Below are positions 11,386 through 25,117 of a stretch of 64,000 nucleotides of DNA, piece by piece. The translations under genes were made by a program, and so were the position numbers. The stretch comes from Octopus bimaculoides (lineage: Eukaryota), in NCBI RefSeq assembly GCF_001194135.2, contig NC_069001.1, positions 3,946,686-4,010,685 on the forward strand, in the 5' to 3' direction. The notes under the pieces were generated by a model. The model did no database searches and was not told where the DNA came from. It worked only from the letters and a program-made list of their open reading frames with translations. How positions within the stretch are numbered: position 1 is the stretch's first letter; each line of letters opens with the position of its first letter.

Positions 11386-12631
11386 CAACAACAATTCCTT
11401 TATTCTTTTACTTGTTTCAGTCATTTGGCTGCGGTCATGCTGGAGCACCGGCTCTAGTCAAACAAATCAGCCCCAGGACTAATTCTTTGTAAGCCTAGTA
11501 CTTATTCTATAGGTATTAAAGACAAAAGTTGTAAATTTATTTTATACACTGCAAGTTAATGGTTTCCCTATGTCTGATGAGAACCCCTTTTATTTTAATA
11601 ACCATTACTAGTTTTATCATGTATAATATAATTACTGCTATAGGTACAATTTAGTAAATTATGTTACCTCACCACCCCCTAAACCTTAATGTCCTCTTTG
11701 ACATGCTCAGTGCCCTCTTGAGAGCAGTACCACCCATGATAAGAACCTCTGGTCTACAAGATTGTGTGTGTGTTTTCTTTTTTTCTTTTCTACTCTTATT
11801 CTTCTTTTTCTGCAACAAATAAGCTCACTGGAATGGTATTCTGCCAGGAATGAATTTACTGACAACCTTCCTCGTCATGTGGTCACTTTATCTGCCCTCG
11901 TTAGCACACAAATTAACTCTACATTTACTCAATCAACCTGCGGAGTTATTAATCTAATAGGATGCTGAATATAAATATATTTAGTTGTGTGTTCTGTCAT
12001 GTTGCAAAGTTGCTGCACCCCTGCAGAGCATTCCTAAACATAATTTGAAACTCAACTATCAAAATCTAATTATGTAGTTCTGAGAATTTAAGGCTTTTGG
12101 AAGTTAAGTTTAATATCTGATATGAGGGTTTAATCCTTTAATCTTGGACAGGAGTAATTGATATTTATATTAATTTTTGAGGGTAGCAATGAGGCGGAAA
12201 TGATAATTACTTGTATTAAACAAACTGAAGGTATTTAGTGACAATCCTCAGGTTTTTTTGGGTTGTTTTTTTTTTTTTAGTATAAGAGAGGTCATTGCCA
12301 TGTTTGACTCTTTTTTTTATTGGTGGTTGGTGGTCCAGAACATAAATATCAGACATATATTGGAGGAAAGAGGTCAATTCAATCAGCTATATTACGATAA
12401 TGCTGTGATATAGAGCTGATGTGAGAGACTAAATCATCATTGTCTTAACATCTACTTTCCCATGCTTGTATTAATCTAATGATGTTTATTGAGGCAGATT
12501 TTCTACAGCTGGATGCCTTTCCTGTTGCCAATCCTCACCCGTTTCCATGTATGGTAATATCTGTAAGGATGCCCGCATGTGTTAGACACATGGAGTTCAA
12601 AAAGGTGCTCAAAGTGGTTGTTGGCATGATG

Positions 12632-12673
<42 letters not shown>

Positions 12674-12881
12674 CCCTCTACACTTGAACAACTGTCTCTC
12701 CTGTCCTTCTACACATGAACAACCATGTCCCTTGTCACCTGGCACCTCAGTATTAGTTTTTACTAATCACCTGCATTTCAAGTCTCCTCTGTCCCTTTAA
12801 CATCTACAGTTGTCTCTCCACTCTCCTCAACAAAATCAAAAATTCTCCACCATGCTTCACTAATCACTGATATATGTTTAA

Positions 12882-13082
12882 CTCTAGCATTTAAGCTGGC
12901 CATATCCGTCCCAAATATTCTACCTGGCCGTATCTGGCCTTTCACACCTTTCCTGCAATGTCATTCTAAAAATAAACAATCACATTATTGAAAGTATAAA
13001 GCTGCAACAATACACAATTAATTCGAAACTAAGTGAATAAACAAGCATCACATTTGACAAAGTTAATCTGAGTGTTAAAAGG
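12882..13082. mobile_element. piggyBac-like MITE (TTAA-flanked)
   Basis: TTAA|CTCTAGCATT ... AGTGTTAAAAGG|TTAA. The interior (GGCCATATCC...CTAAAAATAAACAATCACA...GTGAATAAACAAGCAT) matches 28233-28445. Confidence 0.7.
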
Positions 13083-15261
13083 TTAAAATCTATGGATACT
13101 GCTTCTCCAGTCAGAACTACATCTGTAGCAAAATCACAGTTATTCATTTCAAAAGAAACCAAACCAAACCAAACAAGACTAAACAAAGCAAAACCTCTTA
13201 CAGCGAGGCTGAATCTAACTTCATAAAGACAAGATTTACAATTAAAACTGAACAACACATTGTTTGGAAAATGTCTTTGAAGATATATTTTAATAGCACA
13301 TAAATTTACAAACGACTTGGATGTCTTGCGAGTATATATATATAGATATGGATTTCTCTTGGTAGGTTTTTTTGAAAACGCAGTGTGTCTGCTAAGTACA
13401 ACCAGTAATGATTCAGTGTCTGGCTTTCAATAAACAAGGACAACGACATTGTTATGTGTGTCTTTATCATGAGAACGTCTACATGTGTTGCAAAGCACTT
13501 CACTTTAAAATCAAGAGTAAAGGAAACTGATTCGAAGTTTTTCAAGTCCATCTTAAGATGTCATCAGCATTTTTTCCTCTTGTTTCTTTATTATTATTAT
13601 TTACTTTTGTTTATTTTTTTATTATATCCCACAGCTTAGAATGGAAAAAAACAGCTGTTGGATGATATGAATAATAATATAGTGAATGACTTTCTTATGC
13701 TAAACAGGTAAATGTGTGTGTGAGAGAGAGAGAGACAGACTGAGAGAGAGACAGACAAACAGACTGAGAGAGAGACAGACAGACAGACTGAGAGAGACAG
13801 ATAGGCAGACTGAGAGAGGGGGGAAGGAGGGAGGGAGGAAGTAAAAGTAAATGTGAGATGTGTGTGTGAGCTGAAACATCAATTTATCACAAAAGTCTAT
13901 CACATCTTTTTATCTTTCATCTTTTACTTGTGTCAGTCATTGGACTGCAGCCATGCTTGGGACACCACCTTGAATGGGTTTTTTTGCAGTTGAACAAATC
14001 AAACTCAGCACTTGAGGGAAAACACAAACATGAAGTCACACGTACCCAAAATACACACACACACAAATAACAAATAGAGAAAGACAAAATATGCAGAACT
14101 ATGAAAAAAAAAAACAGATTAAAATTTCTTGTATGAATTATAAACAAAGAAAGGCATTCACAAAAGGATGGGAACTGCTACTTACACAGCCCCCACCATC
14201 ACCTGGCTCAACCACAATCTGTTTCCCTAAACAGTTTCCCTTCTCTCGACCTCAAAATCACGAGGCAGAATTCAAGTATCCATTCTCACACACACAAATT
14301 TTCCCACTTTGACCCATCTTTTGTCAATTTTTTCTTGAGAGTAACAATTCCCACTTCATCCAATGAAACTTGAAGACTTTGACAAGCCTTGCTCCGAGAG
14401 ATGAAGTTCTATCCTCAGTTCTTTCAAATGTGCTCACCATAAATTCTCTTTCTAAGACACCAGGCAGAGAAATACTTAATGCCCTCTTTGTGAAAGGGGA
14501 CTACTTGGGGGACCTCTAACCCCCTTTTGATACCACCTCTAGTCCTATGACAGAAAGTTCCCATTTGAAAGTATCATCATCATCACCAAATTCACTCAAA
14601 AGGCATTTATTACAGCTCAGGGCCATAGTAGAAGGCACTTGCCTAAAGTGTCACAAACCAGTGTTGGTTTGTTTATGTTCCCAGAACATAGCAGTCTGAC
14701 AGAGAGGATTGATAGAATAAGTGCTAGGCTTTAAAAAAAAGTAAACACAAGGGACGATTTGTTCAACAAAACCCTTCAAGGTAATGCTACAGCATGGCCA
14801 CAATCCAATGACTAAAATAAGTAGAAGGTATAAAACAGGATATACTAAAAGTCCAGTTGGGATGGTCTTGGCTGGAGAACCTTTGACCATAGATCAGTCC
14901 ATTCAAGGTTGGCCTCGGGTGTCAACAACAACAATCAGATGCGGTCAAGTGTAATTATTTGTATTTATGAAAAAATAACAGACAAGGAATACGCATAAAT
15001 ATAGAAAAGTCGTATAATTAACGATTGCTAATGAAGGTACAAGGCCACAGTTGTTCGTTGGTTTAATTAATGAAACTGGTTTGGAAGGATTGTGAGAATG
15101 AGACTGATGTATTCAATTGGTGTGTCAGTTTTTACCACACTGAACTAAAATGATTGGAGCTTTCTGTGTTACCTGTAATATTAACTGGACAGACAACGAG
15201 GGAGCATCTACAAGGTCATTCAACCTGCCAGCAATAGCAGCCAAATGTCTCCAAATTGACT

Positions 15262-15505
15262 CCAGGACTTATTCATTGTAAGCCTATTACTTATTCTATT
15301 GGTCTTTTCTGCCAAACCGCTAAGTTATAGAGATGTACACACACCAACATCAGTTGTCAAGCGATGGTGGCGGGAGGAGACACACACACACACACACACA
15401 CAACAGGTTTCTTTCAGTTTCCCTCAACCAAATCCACTCACAAGGCTTTGGTAGGCCTGAGGTTGTAGTACAAGACACTCGCCCAAGGTGCCATGCAGTG
15501 GGTAT
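15262..15505 (-). mobile_element. SINE family A
   Basis: CCAGGACTTATTC...TACTTATTCTATTGGTC...AAATCCACTCACAAGGCTTTGG...CCCAAGGTGCCATGCAGTGGG. Confidence 0.8.
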
Positions 15506-15899
15506 ACATAAGAACACCCCTACTACCACCACATTTCACCTCAAGGTTAATTTGAAACAAATTAAAATGGAAATAATTTTTCAATTAATTCTTAATTAGA
15601 TTCTGTATTAATTACACGAATTAACTATCACCCTACTAGGGTTCGTTTCTCTTACATATTAAAAAGCTAAACTCAAAATAAACAGCAGCAGCAGTTCTTG
15701 TTTAGCCCCAGGTAGGCCTTGATCGAGCAGAGCTGTGTCCAAAGAAATCCGACCCATGACTATCCTATATTTTTATAAACAGAGTACGTAGGACTCCATT
15801 TTCAAGATAGTAGGGTATGATCTGAAGGAGGTTTCGTTTCTGTTTCTAGCAAGCTGAATTACCTTACAGCAGTTCCTTCACTGACTCATCTTAATAGTA

Positions 15900-16016
15900 T
15901 GAATAGTGGTGGTGGTGATGGTGGTGGTTGTAGTAGAAGCAGCAGTAATAGTGTTGCTGTTGTTAGTAGTGGTAGCAGTAAAAGTGTTGGTGTTGTTGGT
16001 GGTGGTGGTAGTAGTG

Positions 16017-16049
<33 letters not shown>

Positions 16050-16300
16050 TTGGTGGTAGTAGTGTTGGTAGTAGTAGTGTTGTTGTTGGTGGTGGTGGTG
16101 GTGGTTGTAGTAGAAGCAACATTAATAGTGTTTTTGTTAGTATTGGTAGTAGTAGTAGAAGTGTTGGTGGTAGTAGAAGTGGTGGTGGTACTAGTAGTAG
16201 TAGTAGAAGTGGTGGTGGTAGTAGTAGTGTCGGTAGTAGTAGTAGTGTTGTGGTGGTGGTTGTAGTAGCAGCAGCAGTAATAGTGTTGTTGTAGTTAGTA
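15900..16300. repeat. Compound (GTA/GTG/GTT)n trinucleotide low-complexity tract
   Basis: Read directly. Comparable tracts lie at 20225-20410, 23660-24220, 28790-29070, 38340-38480, 62340-62510 and 62765-62955. Confidence 0.9.
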
Positions 16301-16694
16301 GTAAAGCCATGACCTACATTTTTTCCACCTGACCATAAATGATTTCTACAGCAGTTCAAGTTGGACATAATCAGACACACTGACCGCCATAATCTGACCA
16401 TTTTGAAAAGGGGGTGGGGTTTGGTGTAAAGGTGAATGAGCCCTGCTTCTCCCCCTCCCCTCAAAACATAAATAAATGAGTAATGAAAAAGGAAAGAGCA
16501 ATTTTGAATTTTAATTACCATGATAAAAACTTACCGTTTTTATTTTTAATTTGAAGTCGTTAATATATGTGCATAATAAAACCCTTTAGACTAATTAGGG
16601 CAACTTCACTGTGAAACGAAGCCAAGAGTTCTTTGTTTATACAAATGACCTCCACCTTTGCTCAGATAGAAGTCTTTATGTGTGTAGGTGTGCC

Positions 16695-16731
<37 letters not shown>

Positions 16732-17264
16732 GAGAGAGAGANNNNNNNNNNGAGAGAGAGAGAGGGAGAGAGAGAGAGAGATGGAGAGGATGAGAGAGAG
16801 AGAGAAAGAGAGAGAGAGAAAGAGAGAGATACATATGAAGAAACAGAAAGAGAGAGGCAGACATAGAGACACACAGAGACATACAGAGAGAGAGAGAGAT
16901 GATAGGCAGACAGATACAGAGAGACAGACATACAAAGAGAGAGAGAGAGAGAATGAGAGAGGAGACAGATAGACAGACAGAAAGATGGGATAGTTCCTGG
17001 CTTGAAAGGTTTCCATCACAATGTCTGCTCTCAATTGGAGTCGACCTGCAGAGGGTGCAGGACTTCACAACAAAGGTTACCCATAAAATGTTATCATTTA
17101 ATCCTGAACCAATGAAAGGGAGTCTGTACGCCTTTACAGGGTCACTTGCTCCGTTAGAAATAGCAAACAAATCTCTCTCATATTACATGCTATTGTCTTG
17201 AAAATGGGAGGAAGGATACATTAGATGAGGTAGTCAGAAGATAATTCTTTCTGATTTTGATACA

Positions 17265-17440
17265 AGGGCAGCAATTTTGAGGGGAGGGGGAAAACCAATT
17301 ACATCAACCCCAGCATTCAACTGGTACCTGTTTTATCAACCCTGACAGGATGAAAGGCAAAGTCAACCTCGGCTGAATTTGATCTCAGACCACAAGGGAT
17401 CAGAAGAAACGCTGCTAAATATTTTGCCTGACTTTGTTTG
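17265..17440 (-). mobile_element. SINE family C
   Basis: CAAGGGCAGCAATTTTGAGGGG...GGATGAAAGGCAAAGTCAACCTCGGCTGAATTTGA. Confidence 0.75.
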
Positions 17441-17924
17441 ACGCACCGAAAGATTCTTTCCAGCTTGCTGCCTTTAGTTTGTGGATAACAGGAAAACGGA
17501 AAGTCTTGGCCTGAATGCTGCAGATCATAGGAACCACTGCCCGATAGGAGGGTGCGCTGACCCGGTGTTTAACAACAACAATGATAACCNNNNNNNNNNN
17601 NNNNNNNNNNNNNNNNNNNNNNNNNNNNNNNNNNNNNNNNNNNNNNNNNNNNNNNNNNNNNNNNNNNNNNNNNNNNNNNNNNNNNNNNNNNNNNNNNNNN
17701 CCACCACCACCACCACCACCACCACCACCATCATACATGCTACGGTAATAACACCATCAGCTGTAACTCAATCTAGAGATACTTATCTAATGAGGTAACG
17801 AACTAATCATTACTTAATGAAATGCAAATAATTTGTTTTTGTTTATCTTCGTCTTCCTTCCTTCTCTTTTCTTCATCTTATTCTTAGAAGAAGAAGAAAA
17901 AAATAACTAAAAGAAATCAATTTT

Positions 17925-18270
17925 ATTACTATCATTATCCATACTACTACTATTACTACCACCACCACTGTTGTTGTTATTGTTACAACTACTACTACTA
18001 CCACCACCATCACCGTCATCCTTGTTATTGTTACTACTACTACTACTACTACTACTATTACTACCACCACCATCACCATTATCCTTGTTGTTGTTACTGT
18101 TACAACTACTACTACTACTACCACCATCACCACCACCATTATCCTTGTTATTTTTACTACTACTACTACCACCACCACCACCATTATCTTTGTTGTTATT
18201 GCTGCTGCTACTACTACTACTACTACTACTACTGCAGCCATTATCATCATCATCCTTATCATTATTATTA

Positions 18271-18310
<40 letters not shown>
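17925..18310. repeat. Higher-order trinucleotide repeat ((CTA)n(CCA)n-TCACC-TTATCCTTGTT...), about 5 units of roughly 60 bp
   Basis: The block CTACTACCACCACCATCACC(A/G)T(T/C)ATCCTTGTT recurs. Confidence 0.7.
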
Positions 18311-18311
<1 letters not shown>

Positions 18312-18924
18312 GCAACAGCTGTTTGTTTGAATGGCCAAGCAAAGAGGATGTATCAGCAAGCTATAATAAAGTCTGACTATTTTGTTGTGTTGTAATTATT
18401 ATTGTTGTTGTTGTTATAGCAGGAAGAGGGTTTTCTGTTTTCTTTTATCAGTAGTTTATTAGTAAATACACAGTTAGCAAGTGCTGACTGGTAAATAAAG
18501 AGCCAGGATTGACAGAGAGAGAGAAGATAAAGATAGCCCATAACGAGAGGCATTTAATTTCGCAAACGAGAGCCTCAGTGATTCTATTGTATGATAGCGT
18601 AGCAAACTTTGCTGGTGTATCATCACACCGCACTATGTATTACACCTACACCATACTACTCAACACTGCTATACAATACCACTCTACAGTCGCTGCAGTG
18701 CACCACAGCATACCCCACACCAAACTACACTGCAGCACACCACAATGTACTACATCACTACTACAAGCACACCACAGATACGGCAAACACCAGCCTGTAC
18801 TATGCTACACGACACTAAGCCAGACCATGGTCCACCCCGTAACGTGTGTCACCATTATCATCATCATCATCGTTGTCCTCATCAGCGTTGGCGTCGTCAT
18901 CATCATTGCCATCATCGTCATCGT

Positions 18925-19225
18925 CATCATCATCACTTAATGTTTGTACTCCATGCTGGTATGGGTTGGACGGTTTGACAGGAACTGGCCAATTAGGGAT
19001 CAGCAACCAGGTTCCAGTTATCTGCTTTTGCAGGGTCGCTATGGTTGGATGCCCTTCCTAATTCAGGATACTTCACAGAGTGTACTGCACGCTTCTTTAT
19101 GTGACACTGGTATGGGGGGGCCTTTCGTGTGGCACCAACATGGGTCCTTTTACGTGGCACTGGCACAAGTCCTTTGACGTGGCACTGGCACAAGTCCTTT
19201 TTACGTGACATCAGTACCAGTAAGC
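18925..19225 (-). mobile_element. SINE family B with three tandem short TTACGTGGCACTGGCACAAGTCC subrepeats
   Basis: (CAT)n then CCATGCTGGTATGGGTTGGACGGTTTGACAGG...GGATGCCCTTCCTAAT. Confidence 0.75.
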
Positions 19226-19847
19226 TATCAGGGGAAGGACCTCATGGTTGAGAAAGGGACACAAAGGATATTCCTGTATGTATGCCTGTATATGGATGCA
19301 ATTATGTATGTATGCACACACACCTGTTTGCAGGTACAAGCTTGTATGTGTCTGTGTATGTGTGTATGTCTGTGTGTCTATGCCATACATTGATAGAAAA
19401 ACATCAAAGAAAGACGAAACACCATCCAGAGGTTAAAGGTCAGTGAAGTACTATCCCATCCATAGCAGGAGGTCAAAAGTTAGAGGTCAATACATTAGCA
19501 ATTCTAATTAAACAAAAAATTAATTTAAAAAAAAAAAAAAAAAAAAAAACTGCTGAAAAAATTTTATTTTTCACACAAATGTGAACAAAGTTTATTTTCC
19601 CAATACAAAGTTCATATTATTTATTGTTCTTTTTTAGTAACTATGTAAAAAGCAATGGGGTGCTCCAGCATGGCTACAGCAGAATAACTGAAATTACTGA
19701 AAGACTAAAAAAAATGTTCTCTTCAAGCACCTTATTGTTAGACACAGAATAACACCAACCACTACTGCTGCTGCTACCGCTGCTGCTACTACCACTAGTG
19801 TGATATTTTTGTTGTCATAACCACCTTTATTATCATTATACTGAAGT

Positions 19848-20122
19848 AGCTTGCTAACCAACCACATGGTTCCAGGTTCAGTCCCACTGCATGGCACCTT
19901 GGGCAAGTGTCTTCCACTATTATGGTCTCAGGTCAACCAAAGCTTTGTGAATGGATTTGGTAGACAGAAACTGAAAGAAGCCTGTTGTATATATATATAT
20001 ATATATATTTATATATACATTTGTTATTTGTGTCTGTTTGTCCCCCCACCATCGCTTGACAACCGATGTTGGTGTGTTTATGTCCCCGTCACTTAGCAGT
20101 CTGGCAAAAGAGTCCGATAGAA
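19848..20122 (+). mobile_element. SINE family A
   Basis: AGTAGCTTGCTAACCAACCACATGGTTCCAGGTTCAGTCCCACTGCATGGCACCTTGGGCAAGTGTC...GAGTCCGATAGAA. Confidence 0.85.
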
Positions 20123-22290
20123 ACTATCTTTAATATTAGTCCTTCATCCATCAAATTCTATATCAACCTCCCTCCCCTAGCAATCACACCCCAAAGTTCT
20201 CAGTCCATTTTGGGGATTATGAATGTGATAATGGTAGTGGTGATGGTGGTGGTGGTGGTGGTGATGATGGTAGTGGTGGTGGTGAGATGGTGGTGGTGAT
20301 GCTGATGGTGATGGTGATGGTGGTGATGGTGGTGGTGGTGATGGTGATGGTGGTGATATGGTAGCGATGGGGTAGTGGCAGTAAAAATGGTGGTGGTGGT
20401 GGTGGTGGTGGCAAGTCTAATAGTGAGATTAGCGATGGTGATGTTGGAAATGAAAAATTATGGAGTGAAATTAATAGAAATCTAACAAATCAAGTTGAAA
20501 TCTAAAAAAGAAAAGATAAAAAAAAAAGAAACAAGGACACCTCCTCCACACACACACCCCCCTAATATTTCCAACGAAGGAACTTAGCATAAAGAAGGGG
20601 TTTAAGGAGTTCCTTGTTAAGCATGTGGAGTATGAGTGGAGGGGTGTAGGTCATGTGTGGGTGTGTAGCTGGGAGAAGGTGTATATATGTGTGTGTGGTA
20701 TGGAGGTAAGTGAATGTGTGTTTGTGTGTGTGTGTACATGTATCTATATACACAGGTACGTGTGCGTGTGTGCGTGTACATGTATCTATATACACAGGTA
20801 CGTGTATGTGTGTGATATGGATATCAGCGAATGTGTATGTGTTTATGTGTATTTATGCATGTGATTTTGTAGCAATGGAATCCATTACCTGTCCCCGTTT
20901 ATTTTAATTGCAATATATAGAAGGAAAAAAAAAAAAACGGACAAGTTCACATAAAACTCACACATGTCATGTGACTGATGATTTTTAATTATTTCAACAA
21001 ATGCACAGCATAGCATTTGTTATATATTGAGTACGAGTTCAATACATGACACTAATCAGCTCTTTCATTTACTGTGACGATCAGCTTTTACATATTCATG
21101 TGTCCAACCCATACCAACATGGAAAATGGACGTATGAGGATGATGTTGATGATGATGGTGATGATGATAACTGCACATTCGTATACATAAATGTGTGTAT
21201 ATATATATGTTTATATGAACGTTGTTTATTTTAATACATAATAGTAGTACACATAGATACACACACATATATAACATATAAATACATATATAGATGCACA
21301 CACATATATATGTATACATACACACACACACAAATATACACACATACAGATACACACAGATATAACATATATACATACATATATAGATACACACACACAC
21401 ACATATATATATATACATGCATACATATACAGATACACACACATATACACACACACACCTATACACACACACATATAACATATATACACATATATAGATA
21501 CACACACATATATATACACACATATACATGCATATACACACATAGACACATATATAACATATATACACACATGTATAGATACACACACATATATATATAT
21601 ACACGCATATACACACACATATATAGCATATGTATATATCTCCGTGTGCATGTATGTGTATATAAATGCTACATCTGCATGTGTGGAGGTCGTGTATACA
21701 TGCATGTATGGTTAAGTATGCATGTATTTGTGTGCATATATGGGTGTGCATGCATTGTTGTGTGCGTATGAATATATATACATGTAGAGTAATGCTATGT
21801 ATGCATGCCTCTAAGCATGTATGTATGTATGTATGCATGCACTTACGTGTGTGTGTGTGTGTTTGTGTTTATGTAACTCCACGTAGTAGTAAGGAAGCTA
21901 TGTGGAGGGTCCTTAGTATTCCGGTTTCTGGCCATCATCTGGTCTTCCTGTCATTTGACAGAATCAACAAGAACCAGGCTGCCAGAGCAGCTTCACCTGC
22001 AGTAACCATAGTGATACACCTGATAAAGACCAAAGCAGTGCACAAATCTCTCTCTCTCTCTTTCTCCTTACCACCGTCTCTCTCTCTCTAGTTTTACCGA
22101 CAAACTGTCTCTGATGGATTGAGGACTTTGGGGGTCTGGTTGATAGAGAGAGGGAGGGAGGAGGGAGGAAGGGTGATATAGAATTTGATGGATGAGGGAC
22201 TAATATTAAATTAATACCTGTCTTACCACCACCACCACCACCTACAACAACAACAACATCATCATCATCATTATTATCATTACTATTATT

Positions 22291-22868
22291 AAGGCAGTGA
22301 GAGGGTAGAATTATTACAGCATCAGACGAAACGGCAGAATTTCTCCCAGCTCTTTACGTTCTGAGTTCCAATGCCACCAAGGTTTACTCTGTCTCTCAAT
22401 CCTTTCAGGGTCGTTAAAATAGGTACCAGTTGAACCCTGGGGTCGATGTAATCAACTTACCCCTTCCCCCCAAACTGCTGGCCTTGTGCCAAAATTTGAA
22501 ATCATCATCATCGTCATCGTCATCATTATTATTAAGGTAGTTCGCTGGCAGAATTGTTAGAGTGCCAGACAAAATGCTTTGTGGTATTTCTCGGCAAGAA
22601 ACGGAAACAGAATTGAAAGAAGATGCTAATGAAAATAACAACAATAATAATAATAATGGTTTCAAATTTTGCCACAAGGGCAGCAATTTTGGGGGAGGGG
22701 ACGAGTCAATTACATCTACCCATGTCCAACTGGTACTTATTTTGTCAACCCCCGAAAGGATGAAAGGCAAAGTCGATCTTGGAATTTGAACTCAGAATGT
22801 AGCAACGGGCAAAATACCACTAAGCATTTTGTTCAGCATGCTGACAATTCTGCCAGCTCACTGCCTTA
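22291..22868. mobile_element. Cluster of family-C SINEs: + (22291-22502), + head (22534-22610), - (22655-22868)
   Basis: Repeated head AAGGCAGTGAG/AAGGTAGTTCG-CTGGCAGAAT, with an inverted copy ending CTGCCAGCTCACTGCCTT. Confidence 0.8.
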
Positions 22869-22894
22869 TAATGATGATGATGATGATATCAAAT

Positions 22895-23455
22895 GCCCTG
22901 ATGCAATACCAGCCAGTGGCTCTCATGGCTTCTGATCTTAACTGATTGGAAGTGTTATCATGTACATGTTTAGTCTTAGTATCAAACATGGGCAACAGCA
23001 AATATTCTGCTCAATACCACAGATTTGCTTGTCAGTTGTTTGACCTTAACCATTTGAGCATGTCCCTTAGTGGTTCACGATATGTGCATCTCTGATTACA
23101 AGCCAGAGCAGTGGTGGAGGGCATCATAGCCATGCGGGGAGAGAAATTCTATAGGTTTTGAATAATTCCCTTTTAGAAATGTGGGTGTTTTGTTCATCAT
23201 TCTTAAACAACCCTTATTCAGGAATCTTTTGAGCAGGATAGAATACTCGAACTGAAGAGAAACCAAATTGGGCTCCACCTGCAAGGTCATGCACTGTTTA
23301 TCTTGATATGAGACCACCATGGCATGCACATATGGTTGTGGTACATGTGCCTTGTGTACCCTTATCAGACGGGTAGTCACGAAGGGTATACTGGGCTTTG
23401 TATATTTGTACCCAAGCATCACTTTGATGGTGTGTGCTGCTCTCTCACGCAATAA
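22895..23455. mobile_element. ~560-bp interspersed repeat bounded by an (AAT)n run; class unknown
   Basis: A complex, higher-GC block (AAATGCCCTGATGCA...CTGCTCTCTCACGCAATAATGATAATAAT) that I recall as an abundant Octopus repeat. It is single copy in this window, so it is not verifiable internally. Confidence 0.45.
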
Positions 23456-24644
23456 TGATAATAATAATTTCTCAATCAATGGTAGGATATGAGATTTACT
23501 ATACTTCACCTCCATTCCAAAGAAGATATTCAGGAGAATATCCATACAAAATACAAAAGTTCATTCACCATAATCTTACTTTTATTATTGTTTTTTTGTT
23601 CTCCTCCATTTGAAATTGTAGTTTCCCTCGTCTGTTGCCCCGGTGGCAATTATAAGAAATCGTTATCACCTCATTATCAACATCACCATTATTATCATCA
23701 TTACCATCACCACCATCACAGCCACCATCATGATCATCATCATCATCCCCACCATCACCACCATCATGATCATCATCACAATCATTATCATCTTAATAAT
23801 TAAATTATATTATCATTATCATCATCATCACCACCACCATCGTCATCATAAGTAATCGTAGCAGCAGCAGCAGTAGTAGTGCCACCACCACCACCACCAC
23901 CCTTTCTGTGCTGTATTCTATTGTTTTCTACTGTAATTCTTTTCTTCTACTTCCCAGCCTTGACGCCAATTAAAGATACCATCATCATCAATATCAGCAC
24001 ATTACCACCATCACCACCATCATTATCAACTCGTTACTATCACAACCTTCATCATCATCATTATAACCACTATAATTAAAGTAATAGTAATCAGCATCAC
24101 CATCATCTCTACCATCATTTCCAGCATCATTATCAACATCCTAATCAACACCACCTCAACTATCACCATCATCATCATCATTCCCATCATCACCACCACC
24201 ATCATCATCATCATCATCAAAGTATTGTTTTTATGTTCTCTTCAATTGTTTTCATTTTCAGTTTATAGTGTGTGTGTGTGTGCATGCATGTATGCAGTAT
24301 GTGTGTGTGCATGAAACTTTGTGTATGTGGCTGTGTGCACAATGTGCACATGTGTGTGTGTGTCTTCATGCACTCTCATCTATGTGTATTATATCTAGTG
24401 CAGGTGTACTAACAAGAATATAAATGTACACACACACACACATTATGCACCATAGCACAGTTATTCTCTCTCTCTCTCTCTCTTTCTCCCCCCCTCTGCT
24501 GTAAAACTACCAAATAAAACTGGAATATATTCCACCGTCTTTTACTTGGTGCAGTCCACTGGCAGAACCAGTAGCGAGGCAGACAAACGGCATTGCAGCA
24601 GTAATCAGTTCCAGCCCTGTATATACTGTTTGTGCCACCACAAA

Positions 24645-24850
24645 GTCCAGTCTTTGTTGCAGCGTGGTGACTTATATGCATCAATGACCCCCCACCAAGA
24701 GCTTCACCAGTGGAGTGCAAATTCCCAGTAGGGCCTCCCATGCTGGACAGATAAAAGGATAGATGCGAAACTAATATGGACCACATCTTTCCAGGCTGGT
24801 TTCCAAAATGGGTTTGAAAAGGGCCAACACCCCTATCTAGAAAACAAGTC
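24645..24850 (+). mobile_element. Relic 5' UTR of an RTE-clade LINE
   Basis: The motifs CAATGA...AAGAGCT...CAGTAGGGCCTCCCATGCTGGACAG...TCCAGG...GGGTTTGAAAAGGGCCAACACCCCTATCTAGAAAAC occur in the order I recall for RTE/Expander 5' ends (GGTAGGGCCACCCATGCCAGACAGG...GGGTTGGGCACAGGGCTAACAACCC). Recall only. Confidence 0.55.
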
Positions 24851-25117
24851 AAATAACAGAAGAAGCATTGTTGACAATGGAAAACTAATAGGACCAGGGA
24901 GAGGAAGGTTTTCCTTCAGAGAAGACAGCTCAGAGTCAAGAACAGTGGAGCAAAGGTGTTTATGGTCTATGCTTCCATAGGGAGTGAAGGGTTTTTTAAG
25001 TCAGTACTGGATCAACCATTAAGCAAAGCAAACACATGCTTTGAGTATGAAGAGAAGGGGAGGGGCAGGCACCATAGAAATGGTAAATGGTTTACAGTAC
25101 AAAAGAAACCACTTTAA

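Noticed and set aside
12665-12870. Possible RTE C-terminal (RLRWFGHV-like) relic on the minus strand
   Set aside because: It needs several indels to read the motif, so it is too decayed to support by eye.
13520-13580. Minus-strand CTGATGA-CATCTTAAGATG-GACTT-GAAA hammerhead-like string
   Set aside because: It has five extra bases before GAAA and no helix I adjacent to the core. CTGATGA at 11573, 37645 and 41606 also lacks a properly placed GAAA.
17400-17590. Frame FVDNRKTESLGLNAADHRNHCPIGGCADPVF after a pyrimidine-rich AG
   Set aside because: No donor before the gap and no recognisable homology.
23096-23545. 149-aa complex-looking ORF on the minus strand
   Set aside because: It lies almost entirely in an interspersed repeat. 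No recognisable motif or splice context.
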